Part shown: positions 39,928 to 52,120 of the stretch, piece by piece
Numbering within the stretch: the stretch's first letter is position 1
Layout of the letters: each line of letters opens with the position of its first letter
Source of the DNA: Felis catus
Lineage: Eukaryota
Assembly: GCF_018350175.1 (NCBI RefSeq)
Contig: NC_058368.1
Span: 149,174,001-149,238,000 of the forward strand
Direction of reading: 5' to 3'
DNA length: 64,000 bases
Translations under genes and position numbers: made by a program
The notes under the pieces: model-generated
Database searches by the model: none
What the model saw: the letters and a program-made list of their open reading frames with translations, nothing else
What the model was told of the DNA's origin: nothing

Positions 39928-40885
39928 ACATGTCTCAGATCTAAAGAGGGTGCAGAGACCTCTGGGAAGATGGCAGCATAGGAGAACACTGGGCTCACCG
40001 CGCATCCTGCTGATCACTTAGATTCCACCTACACCTGCCTAAATAACCCAGAAAACCACAGAGGATTAGGAGAACAGAGTCTCCGGAGCCAAGCGCAGAC
40101 AAGAGGCCCATGGAAGAGGGTAGGAAGGGCGGAGAGGCGGTGCGTGCTCCACGGACTGGTGGGAGGGAACCGGGGCGGAGGGGCAGCCTGCTGGCCAAGC
40201 AGAGCCCCCGAGTCTGGCTTGCAAAAGCGAAGGGCCGGACGGAGTGTGTTCTGACAGCAAGCGGGACTTAGCATCTGGGAGGTCATAAGTTAACAGCTCT
40301 GCTCAGAAAGCGGAAATGCTGGAGGACAAAGGGAGGGAGAGTTGCTGAGCCCCGGGACGACAGACCTCAGTTTGGCGGGAACAAAGGCACTCGCCAGCGC
40401 CATCTCCTTCACCCATCTCCCAGCCAAAATCCCAAAGGGAAGCAGTTCCTGCCAGGGAACTTGCTTGCTCTGTGCTAACACCCAACACTGTGCTTCTGCG
40501 GAGCCACCCCTCCGGCAGCGGGTCTGACTCCCTCCCGCTGCCACAGGGCCCCTCCTGAAGTGGATCACCGAAGGAGAAGTGAGCTAAGCCTGCCCCTCCC
40601 GCCCCCGTGCACCTTGCCTACCCACCCCAGCTAATATGCCAGATCCCCAGCACCACAAGCATGGCAGTGTGCCAGTAGCCCAGATGCGCCATGCCACCCC
40701 ACAGTGAACCCGCCCCTAGGAGAGGGGAAGAGAAGGCACACACCAGTCTGACAGTGGCCCCAGCCCACTGCCCCACTGGGGGCAGACATCAGGTCTGACT
40801 GCGGCCCCACCCACCAAATCCAGTTATACACCACAGCACAGGGGAAGTGCCCTGCATGTCCACACCACTCCAGGGACTATCCAAA

Positions 40886-41779
40886 ATGACCAAACGGAAG
40901 AATTCCCCTCAAAAGAATCTCCAAGAAATAACAACAGCTAATGTACTGACCAAAAAGCATTTAAATAATATATCAGAAAGTGAATTTAGAGTAATAGTCT
41001 TAAAATTATACACTGGGCTTCAAAACAGTATAGAGGACAGCAGAGAATCTCTTGCTACAGAGATCAAGGGACTAAGGAACAGTCACGAGGAGCTGAAAAA
41101 CGCTTTAAACGACATGCAAAATAAAATGGAAACCACCACAGCTCGGCTTGAAGAGGCAGAGGAGAGAATAGGTGAACTAGAAGATAAAATTATGGAAAAA
41201 GAGGAAGCTGAGAAAAAGAGAGATAAAAAAATCCAGGAGTATGAAGGGAAAATTAGAGAACTAAGTGATGCACTACAAAGAAATAATATACGCATAATTG
41301 GTATCCCAGAGGAGGAAGAGAGAGGGAAAGGTGCTGAAGGGGTACTTGAAGAAATAATAGCTGAGAACTTCCCTGAACTGGGGAAGGAAAAAGGCATTGA
41401 AATCCAAGAGGCACAGAGAACTCCCTTCAGACGTAACTGGAATCGATCTTCTGCAAGACATATCATAGTGAAACTGGCAAAATACAAGGATAAAGAGAAA
41501 ATTCTGAAAGCAGCAAGGGATAAACGTGCCCTAACATGTAAAGGGAGACCTATAAGACTCGTGACTGATCTCTCTTTTGAAACTTGGCAGGCCAGAAAGA
41601 ATTGGCACGAGATTTTCAATGTGATGAACAGAAAAAATATGCAGCCGAGAATCCTTTATCCAGCAAGTCTGTCATTTGGAATACAAGGAGAGATAAAGGT
41701 CTTCCCAAACAAACAAAAACTGAAGGAATTTGTCACCACTAAACCAGCCCTAGAAGAGATCCTAAGGGGAATCCTGTGA
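40886..41779 (+). CDS. LINE-1 ORF1p, intact (297 aa)
   Basis: ATG at 40886 (MTKRKNSPQK); coiled coil, RNNIRIIGIPEEEE RRM motif and QARK/LYPA C-terminal motifs; no stops. Confidence 0.9.
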   Translation: MTKRKNSPQKNLQEITTANVLTKKHLNNISESEFRVIVLKLYTGLQNSIEDSRESLATEIKGLRNSHEELKNALNDMQNKMETTTARLEEAEERIGELEDKIMEKEEAEKKRDKKIQEYEGKIRELSDALQRNNIRIIGIPEEEERGKGAEGVLEEIIAENFPELGKEKGIEIQEAQRTPFRRNWNRSSARHIIVKLAKYKDKEKILKAARDKRALTCKGRPIRLVTDLSFETWQARKNWHEIFNVMNRKNMQPRILYPASLSFGIQGEIKVFPNKQKLKEFVTTKPALEEILRGIL

Positions 41780-41829
41780 GACAAAGTACCAGAGACATCG
41801 CTACAAGCATAAAATATACATATATCACA

Positions 41830-44800
41830 ATGACTCTAAACCCGTATCTTTCTATAATAACACTGAATGTAAATGGACTAAATGCGCCAACAAAAGACAT
41901 AGAGTATCAGAATGGATAAAAACCAAGACCCATCTATTTGCTGTCTACAAGAGACTCATTTTATTTTTTTTTAAATTTTTTTTTTCAACGTTTATTTAGT
42001 TTTTTGGGACAGAGAGAGACAGAGCATGAATGGGGGAGGGGCAGAGAGAGAGGGAGACACAGAATCGGAAACAGGTCCCAGGCTCTGAGCCATCAGCCCA
42101 GAGCCTGACGCGGGGCTCGAACTCACGGACCGCGAGATCGTGACCTGGCTGAAGTCGGACGCTTAACCGACTGCACCACCCAGGCGCCCCCAAGAGACTC
42201 ATTTTAGATCTGAGGACACCTTTAGATTGAGAGTGAGGGGATGGAGAACTATTTATCATGCTACTGGAAGCCAAAAGAAAGCTGGAGTAGCCATACTTAT
42301 ATCAGACAAACTAGATTTTAAATTAAAGGCTGTAACAAGAGATGAAGAAGGGCATTATATACTCATTACAGGGTATATCCATCAGGAAGAGCTAACAATT
42401 ATAAATGTCTATGTGCCGAATACCGGAGCCCCCAAATATAAAAAACACCACATAAACATAAGCAACCTCACTGATGACAATGTGGTAATTGCAGGGGACT
42501 TTAACACCCCACTTACAGAAATGGATAGATCATCTAGACACACGGTCAATAAAGAAACAAGGGCCCTGAATGAGACATTGGATCAGATGGACTTGACAGA
42601 TATATTTAGAACTCTACATCCCAAAGCAACAGAATATACTTTCTTCTCAAGTGCACATGGAACATTCTCCAAGATAGATCACATTCTGGGTCACAAAACA
42701 GCCCTTCTTAAGTATACAAGAATTGAAATCATACCATGCATACTTTCAGACCACAATGCTATGAAGCTTGAAATCAACCACAGGAAAAAGTCTGGAAAAC
42801 CTCCAAAAGCATGGAGGTTAAAGAACACCCTACTAAAGAATTAATGGGTCAACCAGGCAATTAGAGAAGAAATTAAACAATATATGGAAACAAACGAAAA
42901 TGAAAATACAACAATCCAAACGCTTTGGGATGCAGCGAAGGCAGTCCTGAGAGGAAAATACATTGCAATCCAGGCCTATCTCAAGAAACAAGAAAAATCC
43001 CAAATACAAAATCTAACAGCACACCTAAAGGAACTAGAAGCAGAACAGCAAAGGCAGCCTAAACCCAGCAGAAGAAGAGAAATAATAAAGATCAGAGCAG
43101 AAATAAACAATATAGAATCTAAAAAAAACTGTAGAGCAGATCAATGAAACCAAGAGTTGGTTTTTTGAAAAAATAAACAAAATTGACAAACCTCTAGCCA
43201 GGCTTCTCAAAAAGAAAAGGGAGATGACCCAAATAGATAAAATCATGAATGAAAATGGAATGATTACAACCAATCCCTCAGAGATACAAGCAATTATCAG
43301 GGAATACTATGACAAATTGTATGCCAACAAATTGGACAACCGGGAAGAAATGGACAAATTCCTAAACACCCGCATGCTTCCAAAACTCATTCCGGAGGAA
43401 ATAGAAAGCTTGAACAGACCCATAACCAGCGAAGAAATTGAATCGGTTATCAAAAATCTCCCAACAAATAAGAGTCCAGGACCAGATGGCTTCACAGGGG
43501 AGTTCTACCAGACGTTTAAAGCAGAGATAATTCCTATCCTTCTCAAGCTATTCCAAGAAATAGAAAGGGAAGGAAAACTTCCAGACTCATTCTATGAAGC
43601 CAGTATTACTTTGATTCCTAAACCAGACAGAGACCCAGTAAAAAAAGAGAATTACAGGCCAATATCCCTGATGAATAGGGATGCAAAAATTCTCAATAAG
43701 ATACTAGCAAATCGAATTCAACAGCATATAAAAAGAATTATTCACCATGATCAAGTGGGATTCATTCCTGGGATGCAGGGCTGGTTCAACATTTGCAAAT
43801 CAATCAACGTGATACATCACATTAATAAAATAAAAGAGAAGAACCATATGATCCTGTCAATTGATGCAGAAAAGGCCTTTGACAAAATTCAGCACCCTTT
43901 CTTAATAAAAACCCTTGAGAAAGTCGGGATAGAAGGAACATACTTAAACATCATAAAAGCCATTTATGAAAAGCCCACAGCTAACATCATCCTCAATGGG
44001 GAAAAACTGAGAGCTTTTTCCCTGAGATCAGGAACACGACAGGGATGCCCACTCTCACCACTGTTGTTTAACATAGTGTTGGAAGTTCTAGCATCAGCAA
44101 TCAGACAACAAAAGGAAATCAAAGGCATCCAAATTGGCAAAGATGAAGTCAAGCTTTCACTTTTTGCAGACGACATGATATTATGCATGGAAAATCCGAT
44201 AGACTCCACCAAAAGTCTGCTAGAACTGATACATGAATTCAGCAAAGTTGCAGGATACAAAATCAATGTACAGAAATCAGTTGTATTCTTATACACTAAC
44301 AATGAAGCAACAGAAAGACAAATAAAGAAACTGATCCCATTCACAATTGCACCCAGAAGCATAAAATACCTAGGAATAAATCTAACCAAAGATGTAAAGG
44401 ATCTGTATGCTGAAGACTATAGAAAGCTTATGAAGGAAATTGAAGAAGATTTAAAGAAATGGAAAGACATTCCCTGCTCACGGATTGGAAAAATAAATAT
44501 TGTCAAAATGTTAATACTACCCAAAGCTATCTACACATTCAATGCAATCCCAATCAAAATTGCACCAGCATTCTTCTCGAAACTAGAACAAGCAATCCTA
44601 AAATTCATATGGAACCACAAAAGGCCCCGAATAGCCAAAGGAATTTTGAAGAAGAAGACCAAAGCAGGAGGCATCACAATCCCAGACTTTAGCCTCTACT
44701 ACAAAGCTGTCATCATCAAGACAGCATGGTATTGGCACAAAAACAGACACATAGACCAATGGAATAGAATAGAAACCCCAGAACTAGACCCACAAACGTA

Positions 44801-45893
44801 TGGCCAACTCATCTTTGACAAAGCAGGAAAGAACATCCAATGGAAAAAAGACAGCCTCTTTAACAAATGGTGCTGGGAGAACTGGACAGCAACATGCAGA
44901 AGGTTGAAACTAGACCACTTTCTCACACCATTCACAAAAATAAACTCAAAATGGATAAAGGACCTGAATGTGAGACAGGAAACCATCAAAACCTTAGAGG
45001 AGAAAGCAGGAAAAGACCTCTCTGACCTCAGCCGTAGCAATCTCTTACTCAACACATCCCCAAAGGCAAGGGAATTAAAAGCAAAAGTGAATTCCTGGGA
45101 CCTTATGAAGATAAAAAGCTTCTGCACAGCAAAGGAAACAACCAACAAAACTAAAAGGCAACCAACGGAATGGGAAAAGATATTCGCAAATGACATATCG
45201 GACAAAGGGCTAGTATCCAAAATCTATAAATAGCTCACCAAACTCCACACCCGAAAAACAAATAACCCAGTGAAGAAATGGGCAGAAAACATGAATAGAC
45301 ACTTCTCTAAAGAAGACATCCGGATGGCCAACAGGCACATGAAAAGATGCTCAATGTCGCTCCTTATCAGGGAAATACAAGTCAAAACCACACTCAGATA
45401 TCACCTCACGCTAGTCAGAGTGGCCAAAATGAACAAATCAGGAGACTATAGATGCTGGAGAGGATGTGGAGAAATGGGAACCCTCTTGCACTGTTGGTGG
45501 GAATGCCAATTGGTGCAGCCAGTCTGGAAAGCAGTGTGGAGGTTCCTCAGAAAATTAAAAATAGACCTACTCTATGACCCAGCAATAGCACTGCTAGGAA
45601 TTTACCCAAGGGATACAGGAGTACTGATGCATACGGCCACTTGTACCCCAATGTTCATAACAGCACTCTCAACAATAGTCAAATTATGGAAAGAGCCTAA
45701 ATGTCCATCAACTGATGAATGGATAAAGAAATTGTGGTTTATATACACAATGGAGTACTACGTGGCAATGAGAAAGAACGAAATATGGCCCTTTGTATCA
45801 ACGTGGATGGAACTGGAGAGTGTGATTCTAAGTGAAATAAGCCATACAGAGAAAGACAGATATCATATGTTTTCACTCTTATGTGGATCCTGA
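41830..45893 (+). pseudogene. LINE-1 ORF2 (endonuclease/reverse transcriptase), disrupted
   Basis: SINE insertion at 41964-42190, stop at 42842-42844, frameshift near the A-run at about 43125, stop at 45231-45233. The RT segment 43224-45233 is open with QGCPLSP and FADD. Confidence 0.95.
41964..42190 (-). mobile_element. Young Can-SINE inserted in L1 ORF2
   Basis: Perfect 16-bp TSD caagagactcatttta (41948-41963, 42191-42206). Confidence 0.97.
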
Positions 45894-46469
45894 GAAACTT
45901 AACAGAAACCCATAGGGGAGGGGAAGGAAAAAAAAAAAAAAGAGGTTAGAGTGAGAGAGAGCCAAAGCATAAGAGACTCTTAAAAACTGAGAACAAACTG
46001 AGGGTTGATGGGGGGTGGGAGGGAGGGGAGGGTGGGTGATGAGTATTGAGGAGGGCACCTTTTGGGATGAGCACTGGGTGTTTTATGGAAATCAATTTGA
46101 CAATAAATTTCATATATTGAAAGAAAAAATAAAGAGGGTGCAGATACTACTCTTATTTTGGTTGGTGAGGGTGGGTAGTTCCAAGGTAAGATATCAATGC
46201 CCAGATGGAGTTAGCTATATTATGACCAGAAAGCAAAGCATCTTAAATGAAGAGGATGGCCTGAAAAAATACTTAAAATAGTATGAGATTGGTCTATCCT
46301 GTTGGGAAAATAAAAATAATAAGTGTGATTAAGCATAGCAAATGAAAGGAAACATGTGAAATGAGGCCAGGAAATAGGTAGAAGCTGGGTCATAAAGAAC
46401 TTGTATATCAGGGTAAGAAGGGTGGATTTTGTTCTATGAGCAATAATAGGCCATCAAAGGATTTGGGAT

Positions 46470-47393
46470 TTTTTTAAACTTATTTATTAATTAATTTACA
46501 TCCAAGTTATTTAGCATATATATGGTGCAACAATGATTTCAGGAGTAGATTCCTTAATGTCCCTTATGCATTTAGCCCATTCCCCCCGACAACCCTCCAG
46601 TGATTCTCTGTTCTCTATATTTAAGTCTTTTATGTTTTGTCCCCTTCTCTGTTTTTATATTATTTTTGCTTCCCTTGCCTTATGGTCATCTGTTTTGTCT
46701 CTTAAAGTCTACATATGAGTGAAGTCCACATATGATATTTGTCTTTCTCTGACTAATTTCACTTAGCACAATCCCCTCCAGTTCCATCCGTGCAGTTGCA
46801 TATGGCAAGATTTCATTCATTCTGATTGCCAAGTAATACTCCGTTGTATATATATGCCACATCTTCTTTATCCATTCATCCATCGATAGACATTTGGGCT
46901 CTTTCCACACTTTGGCTATTGTCAATAGTACTGCTATAAACATCGGGGTGCATGTTCAAAACAGCTCACCTGTATTCCTTGGGTAAATACCTACTAGTGC
47001 AATTGCTGGGCCATAGGGTAGTTCTATTTTTAATTTTTTGAGGACCCTCCATACTGTTTTCCAGAGTGGCTGCACCAGCTTGCATTCCCACCAGCAGTGA
47101 AAAAGTGATGTTCTTTCTCTGCATCCTTGCCAACATCTGTTGTTGCCTGAGTTGTTAATGTTAGCCATTCTGACAGGCGTGAGGTGGTATCTCATTGTGG
47201 TTTTGATTTGTATTCCCCTGATGATGAGTGATGTTGAGCGTTTTTTCATGTGTTGGTTGGCCCTCTGGATGTCTTCTTCGGAAAAGTGTCTATTCATGTC
47301 TTTTGCCTATTTCTTCACTGGATTATTTGTTTTTTGGGTGTTGAGTTTGATAAGTTCTTTATAGATTGTAGATACTAATGCATTATCTGATAT
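46470..47393 (-). mobile_element. 5'-truncated LINE-1 (ORF2 C-terminus and 3' UTR)
   Basis: ORF2 C-terminal peptides ([21 protein letters not shown]); 3' UTR similar to that of the 26.8-kb L1. Confidence 0.92.
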
Positions 47394-47455
47394 GAAGGTT
47401 TGTGTTTAAAGCAAGAAGATTACCTAATTTATGTTTTAAATAGATGCTGTTGGCT

Positions 47456-47686
47456 GGGGCGCCTGGGTGGCTCAGTTGGTTAAGCATCCAGATCTTGATT
47501 TCAGCTCAGGTCATGATCTCATAGCTGGTGGGTTAGAGCCCCATGCAGAGTTCCGCTTGAGATTTTCTGTCTCCCTCTCTCTCTGCCCATCTCCAGCTTG
47601 CGCTCATGCGTTTGCACATATGTGCTCTCTCTGTTTCTCTTAAAAATAAACAAACAAACAAACAAACAAATAAATAAATAAATAAA
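47456..47686 (+). mobile_element. Can-SINE
   Basis: Degenerate TSD tagatgctgttggct/taaatactattggct. Confidence 0.92.
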
Positions 47687-47869
47687 TAAATACTATTGGC
47701 TGCTCTGCAATGAAGCAGTTGATAAGAGGACAACTTGGAAGACCCCTGCAGAAAGACAGTGACAACTCTGATTAATGTAATTCCAGAGATAAATTAAGTG
47801 GACAAATTTGGGGTAATTATGAATAAATTTAGCATACCCTTTTATTTCTTGAATAAAGTACATTATTTT

Positions 47870-48084
47870 CAAAATTTTTTGATGTTTTATTTATTTTTGA
47901 GACAGAGAGAGACAGAGCATGAGCAGAGGAGAGGCAGAGAGAGAGCAAGAGACAGAATCTGAAGCAGGCTCCAGGCTCTGAGCTGTCAGCATGGAGCCTG
48001 ACACAGGGCTCGAACTCACGAACTGCGAGATCATGACCTGAGCCAAAGTCCGACGCTCAACCAACTGAGCCACCCAGGTGTCCC
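47870..48084 (-). mobile_element. Can-SINE
   Basis: TSD acattatttt. Confidence 0.93.
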
Positions 48085-48160
48085 GCACATTATTTTGATT
48101 GAGCAGATAGGACCTGAGATGTATGGTGAGGGAGAGACAGATATAATCATATCTTTAGAC

Positions 48161-48356
48161 CAGTACTGTGAAATAAAATTTTCTGCAATAAAAGAAATTT
48201 TTTTATGTCTGTGCTAATATGGTAACCAATACCCATATATGACCACTGAACACTTAAATTGTGACTAGTATAAGTGTGAAATGCAATTTTTACTTTTACT
48301 TAATTTTAGTTTAAATAATCACATGCAAGTGGTGGCTACTAAATTAGATAGACCAG
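48161..48356. mobile_element. MER3-like hAT non-autonomous DNA transposon
   Basis: Resembles the MER3 consensus (cag..ctgt...ggtaaccaata.cca...cacatg...gtggctac...cag); degenerate 8-bp TSD ctttagac/ctctagaa. Confidence 0.75.
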
Positions 48357-49061
48357 CTCTAGAAATCTGGCTTGAGCAAATAATTGAATGGTAGTGTCTA
48401 TTACTGAAACAAGCAAGAGTAAGAGAAAAGCAGACTTGGAATGAAAATCAAGGGTTCTATTTGGATCACGTTAAGTTTGAGATGCTTAGTGGTTACCTAT
48501 GTGGATATATCACATAGTATAATAGATAGGTGAACATGGAGTTCCAGCAAGTTCAGCATTATATCTACACACTTAAGAATTATCAACACATAGATATTAT
48601 TTATACCCATGAAACTCAGTGAGGCCCTCTAGAGAGAGTTTATAGAGAGAAAAGGGCTCAGTGACAGAGGGTAACATTTGAACATTTAATAATCAAAACA
48701 GAAGCCAGCGTAAAAGACTGAAAGCAAAGTCAGTCTCAAGAAGTACACCCTGAAGTAGAGCACAACCAGGTCAATGATAGTTGAAGAAGGGTCATCTCTT
48801 CCACATCAGTTTAGGAAAGCACTGTTGCCCTTGGAATGACCAGATGGAGCCCAGGGAATAGCTCAGCTTGACAGCCTGTAAGCTATATGGGGGAGGGCAT
48901 GGATTTTCATAAGGACTTGGAGCTGAAGGTGAGGCTAAAATGAACAGTATTATTCATTATGAATATTTCATTCAGAATATATCATTCTGAAACTATGAGG
49001 CAGAAGCGTTCATGGTTTCAGAAGCAAGAAGTAGCTGGAAGCTGATTTAAAACCTGCACCA

Positions 49062-49270
49062 GGGGCACCTGGGTGGCGCAGTTGGTTAGGCGTCCGACTT
49101 CAGCCAGGTCACGATCTCGCAGTCCGTGAGTTCGAGCCCTGCATCGGGCTCTGGGCTGATGGCTCGGAGCCTGGAGCCTGTTTCTGATTCTGTGTCTCCC
49201 TCTCTCTCTGCCCCTCCCCCGTTCATGCTCTGTCTCTCTCTGTCCCAAAAATAAATAAACATTGAAAAAA

Positions 49271-49317
<47 letters not shown>

Positions 49318-49319
49318 AA
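49062..49319 (+). mobile_element. Young-type Can-SINE with (TAAA)n tail
   Basis: TSD taaaacctgcac (49048-49059, 49320-49331). Confidence 0.95.
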
Positions 49320-50145
49320 TAAAACCTGCACAATTTCCCATGCAGAAATAGCTAACTATAAATTTCTCTAATAACAATGATTATAAAAATATATTGTTTA
49401 TCTTTCCTAACAAAAACTTCATATTACTCCTTCAAAAACAAATACTCTGAAGGTAAACATCAGGAACCTCTGATTTTGTGTCATAATGTAAGTTTTCAGG
49501 AGGGCAAGTATATACCAAGCATTGTATCAGATAAAGAAGTTAATGCAGAATTTTATCATATATTAAGAAGTTATAAGACCTTTTAAAATAATTTAAAAGA
49601 GTTAGAAAAACATTTTAAGCAATGGAAAATAGCTTTATCTTTCTCAGATAGGTTTTTCTTAGAATTTCATTAGAATTCTTTTTAATGTAATTCTCTTTAT
49701 AGTAAATCCCTAGGTTTAATCTGGGATTGTTTTGAGATTCATGATTGTGTGATTTTGTTTGAGCTTTATAGAATAAAGGCATTTTTCATTCTGGGGACTT
49801 ATGTATCTGTTTCTATCTATCTCCAGAAAGAAAAAGATAAAAATAAAACCAGAAGCAAAAGAAGGCAGCCTGAAAACTGCCACCACAGACTGATGAACTA
49901 CATGAATATTGCTCTATTATGATAAACCATCATTTGCACATACACAGAACTTTTTTTTCTAGGATCATAATGAGAATTTCATAGTACATTCAGGAATTGT
50001 TTCTCATTTTGATGTTTCTATAAAATGACCAATTCAGATCATGTTTACAGGAAAAATACATACTATCCTTTGTTTATCACACTACTAATTTTGCTTTCTG
50101 TGGGAAGTGGCCACTTAGCCATATCCTTGCCATGCTACATATAGA

Positions 50146-50147
<2 letters not shown>

Positions 50148-50180
<33 letters not shown>
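50148..50180. repeat. (TA)n microsatellite
   Basis: Direct reading. Confidence 0.95.
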
Positions 50181-50184
<4 letters not shown>

Positions 50185-52120
50185 CACATATGAACACACA
50201 AACATATATATACACGTATATATACACTCTACATGTATACACATATATATGAACACAAATATGTACAAAAGAACAATAATAATTACAAATATATGGATAT
50301 AAATACAAAAGATGAGATAGATAAAATTTAATTTAAATTTTCAACTATAAGTTTACCAGACACCAATAGCGAAATGTGGGAGTGCTCTTATGGTCTACAC
50401 AACAGTGAACATGAAAGGTTAAACAGTAAAACTTCAAGATGCCATGGCCAGATGGCAGGTTTAATTCTATAATGCAGAATGTATCTTTCTATGACTATCT
50501 AATAGAATCGTTTTATACCTCAGGTTTCAATGGAAAGTCATTCTGTACCTACAAAATGATTGAAATGAAAATCACCTGACTCTTCTTGGACAGTAGAACC
50601 AAATGACCAAACAATGTACAGGCAGATTAGGAGTCAGCACAAGACAGCTGCAACAGGCTTTGCCCAGATTCCGATCAGAACACAGTGCAGTCAAGAGATA
50701 AGGAAGAGTGATAGCCCAAAGACAAACGCAGAAAGGCCATGTGATAATGAACACATATTTTTGGCAACTTGGAAAGCAGAAAAATGAAATAAAAGTGCTG
50801 TTGATTTAGACTCAATTTAAAATCTAAATTGTAAGTTATTTCAGACAATGAAGCTTAGTTTCTTTTACTGTTATTGTAATGTTGATATAAAAATGATATC
50901 CAATCAGCTCAATGGTCTAATGCAGCAAGAGACCTAAGAAACAGCTCTCTAGAATTTTACTACAAGGAGAAAGGACAAGCTTTTTACTTATCTAAATATG
51001 ATTAAGAGTATTTCCACTTCTGTCATGATAAAGAATAGAAATTCTAGAAAAAATTAAGTGAATGTTATTTGAAGTTGATTAATCTTCAAATTATGAGTAA
51101 AAGAATTATATACTGAACTGAATGTATTGTTATAATATGTAGCATCATTATACATAAAACCTTGATGATGGCTTTGACCAGGGACCTTAATTCTATATGG
51201 AAAAAAAATACAAATAGATAGATAAATCATAAGTCCTACTGTCCAAAAGTCATAGTATGGCAGTTAATTAAAAGAGTTAATTTCAACAACAAATCCTAAA
51301 ATGTAGGATTCAAATACATAAAGGTAATAAATGGATGAAAAACATCGTACATAATATTTTTACTTAAAACATGAACACCCATTCACTAATTTGATATTGG
51401 CCAAAGATGAATTGGATTATTGACCAGTAATGTACTGTGTCTAATGCTTCATCTCCCATTTTCAGTTTCAGTATCTTCAAGGTAAAAACAGAATTGAAGA
51501 CATTTGTAAAGCAAAATGTGTGAAACCTTTCCAATTTTTGTTTTTTCAGTCTTTACAGTCATCACAATTTTTAGCCATTTACATAAGTCAAGCCATGCCA
51601 AAGCATTTAATTTTTATTTTATTCAGATAACGATCTCTTTCCATACATATGTCATCACTTTATGTTATATTTATCTAAACATTTGTGATTGCAGTAACAA
51701 GTATAAACCTATGAGAATAAGTCTTCAACTGGTAGGAGTAAACCATTCCTTGGCAAAACAGAACACACCCCATGAGCAGTAAACCTTCAGCATGCCAAGG
51801 GCATTAGACAGCACGTTATATGGAAAAATTAATTCATCTGTTAAACTAATTAAGAGGTTAATTAGGAGACCTTCTACCAAAGATAATTGATTAATCAATG
51901 GAGGGTTATATAAATATATACATTAATATCGACAAAAATTTGATAAAAAGAACTGATAGAAAAGGAAGATATCACATTTTAAAATTTTGTCAAGGATTTT
52001 TAGTTTAGAAATTAAGATTGAGACTCATTTTGTTCAATATCTTTTTTTGAAGAGCAGAAAAATATATAGAATCTGCTGTTGTTTATAGATCATACAATTA
52101 TATGGAAGAAAAAAAAATAG

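Larger units (their letters stand above)
39957..46129 (+). mobile_element. Full-length feline LINE-1 (younger family), ORF2 disabled
   Basis: CpG-rich 5' UTR, ORF1, ORF2, G-rich 3' UTR, AATAAA and a short A tail; perfect 15-bp TSD taaagagggtgcaga (39942-39956, 46130-46144). Confidence 0.98.
39690..48720 (-). mobile_element. Ancient L2 element fragmented by nested insertions
   Basis: L2-like segments at about 39690-39860, 46145-46465, 47395-47455, 47700-47830, 48090-48150 and 48365-48720 between younger inserts. Confidence 0.55.

Noticed and set aside
41083..45220. Long minus-strand ORFs (178, 141 and 173 aa)
   Set aside because: Antisense shadows of L1 ORF1/ORF2.
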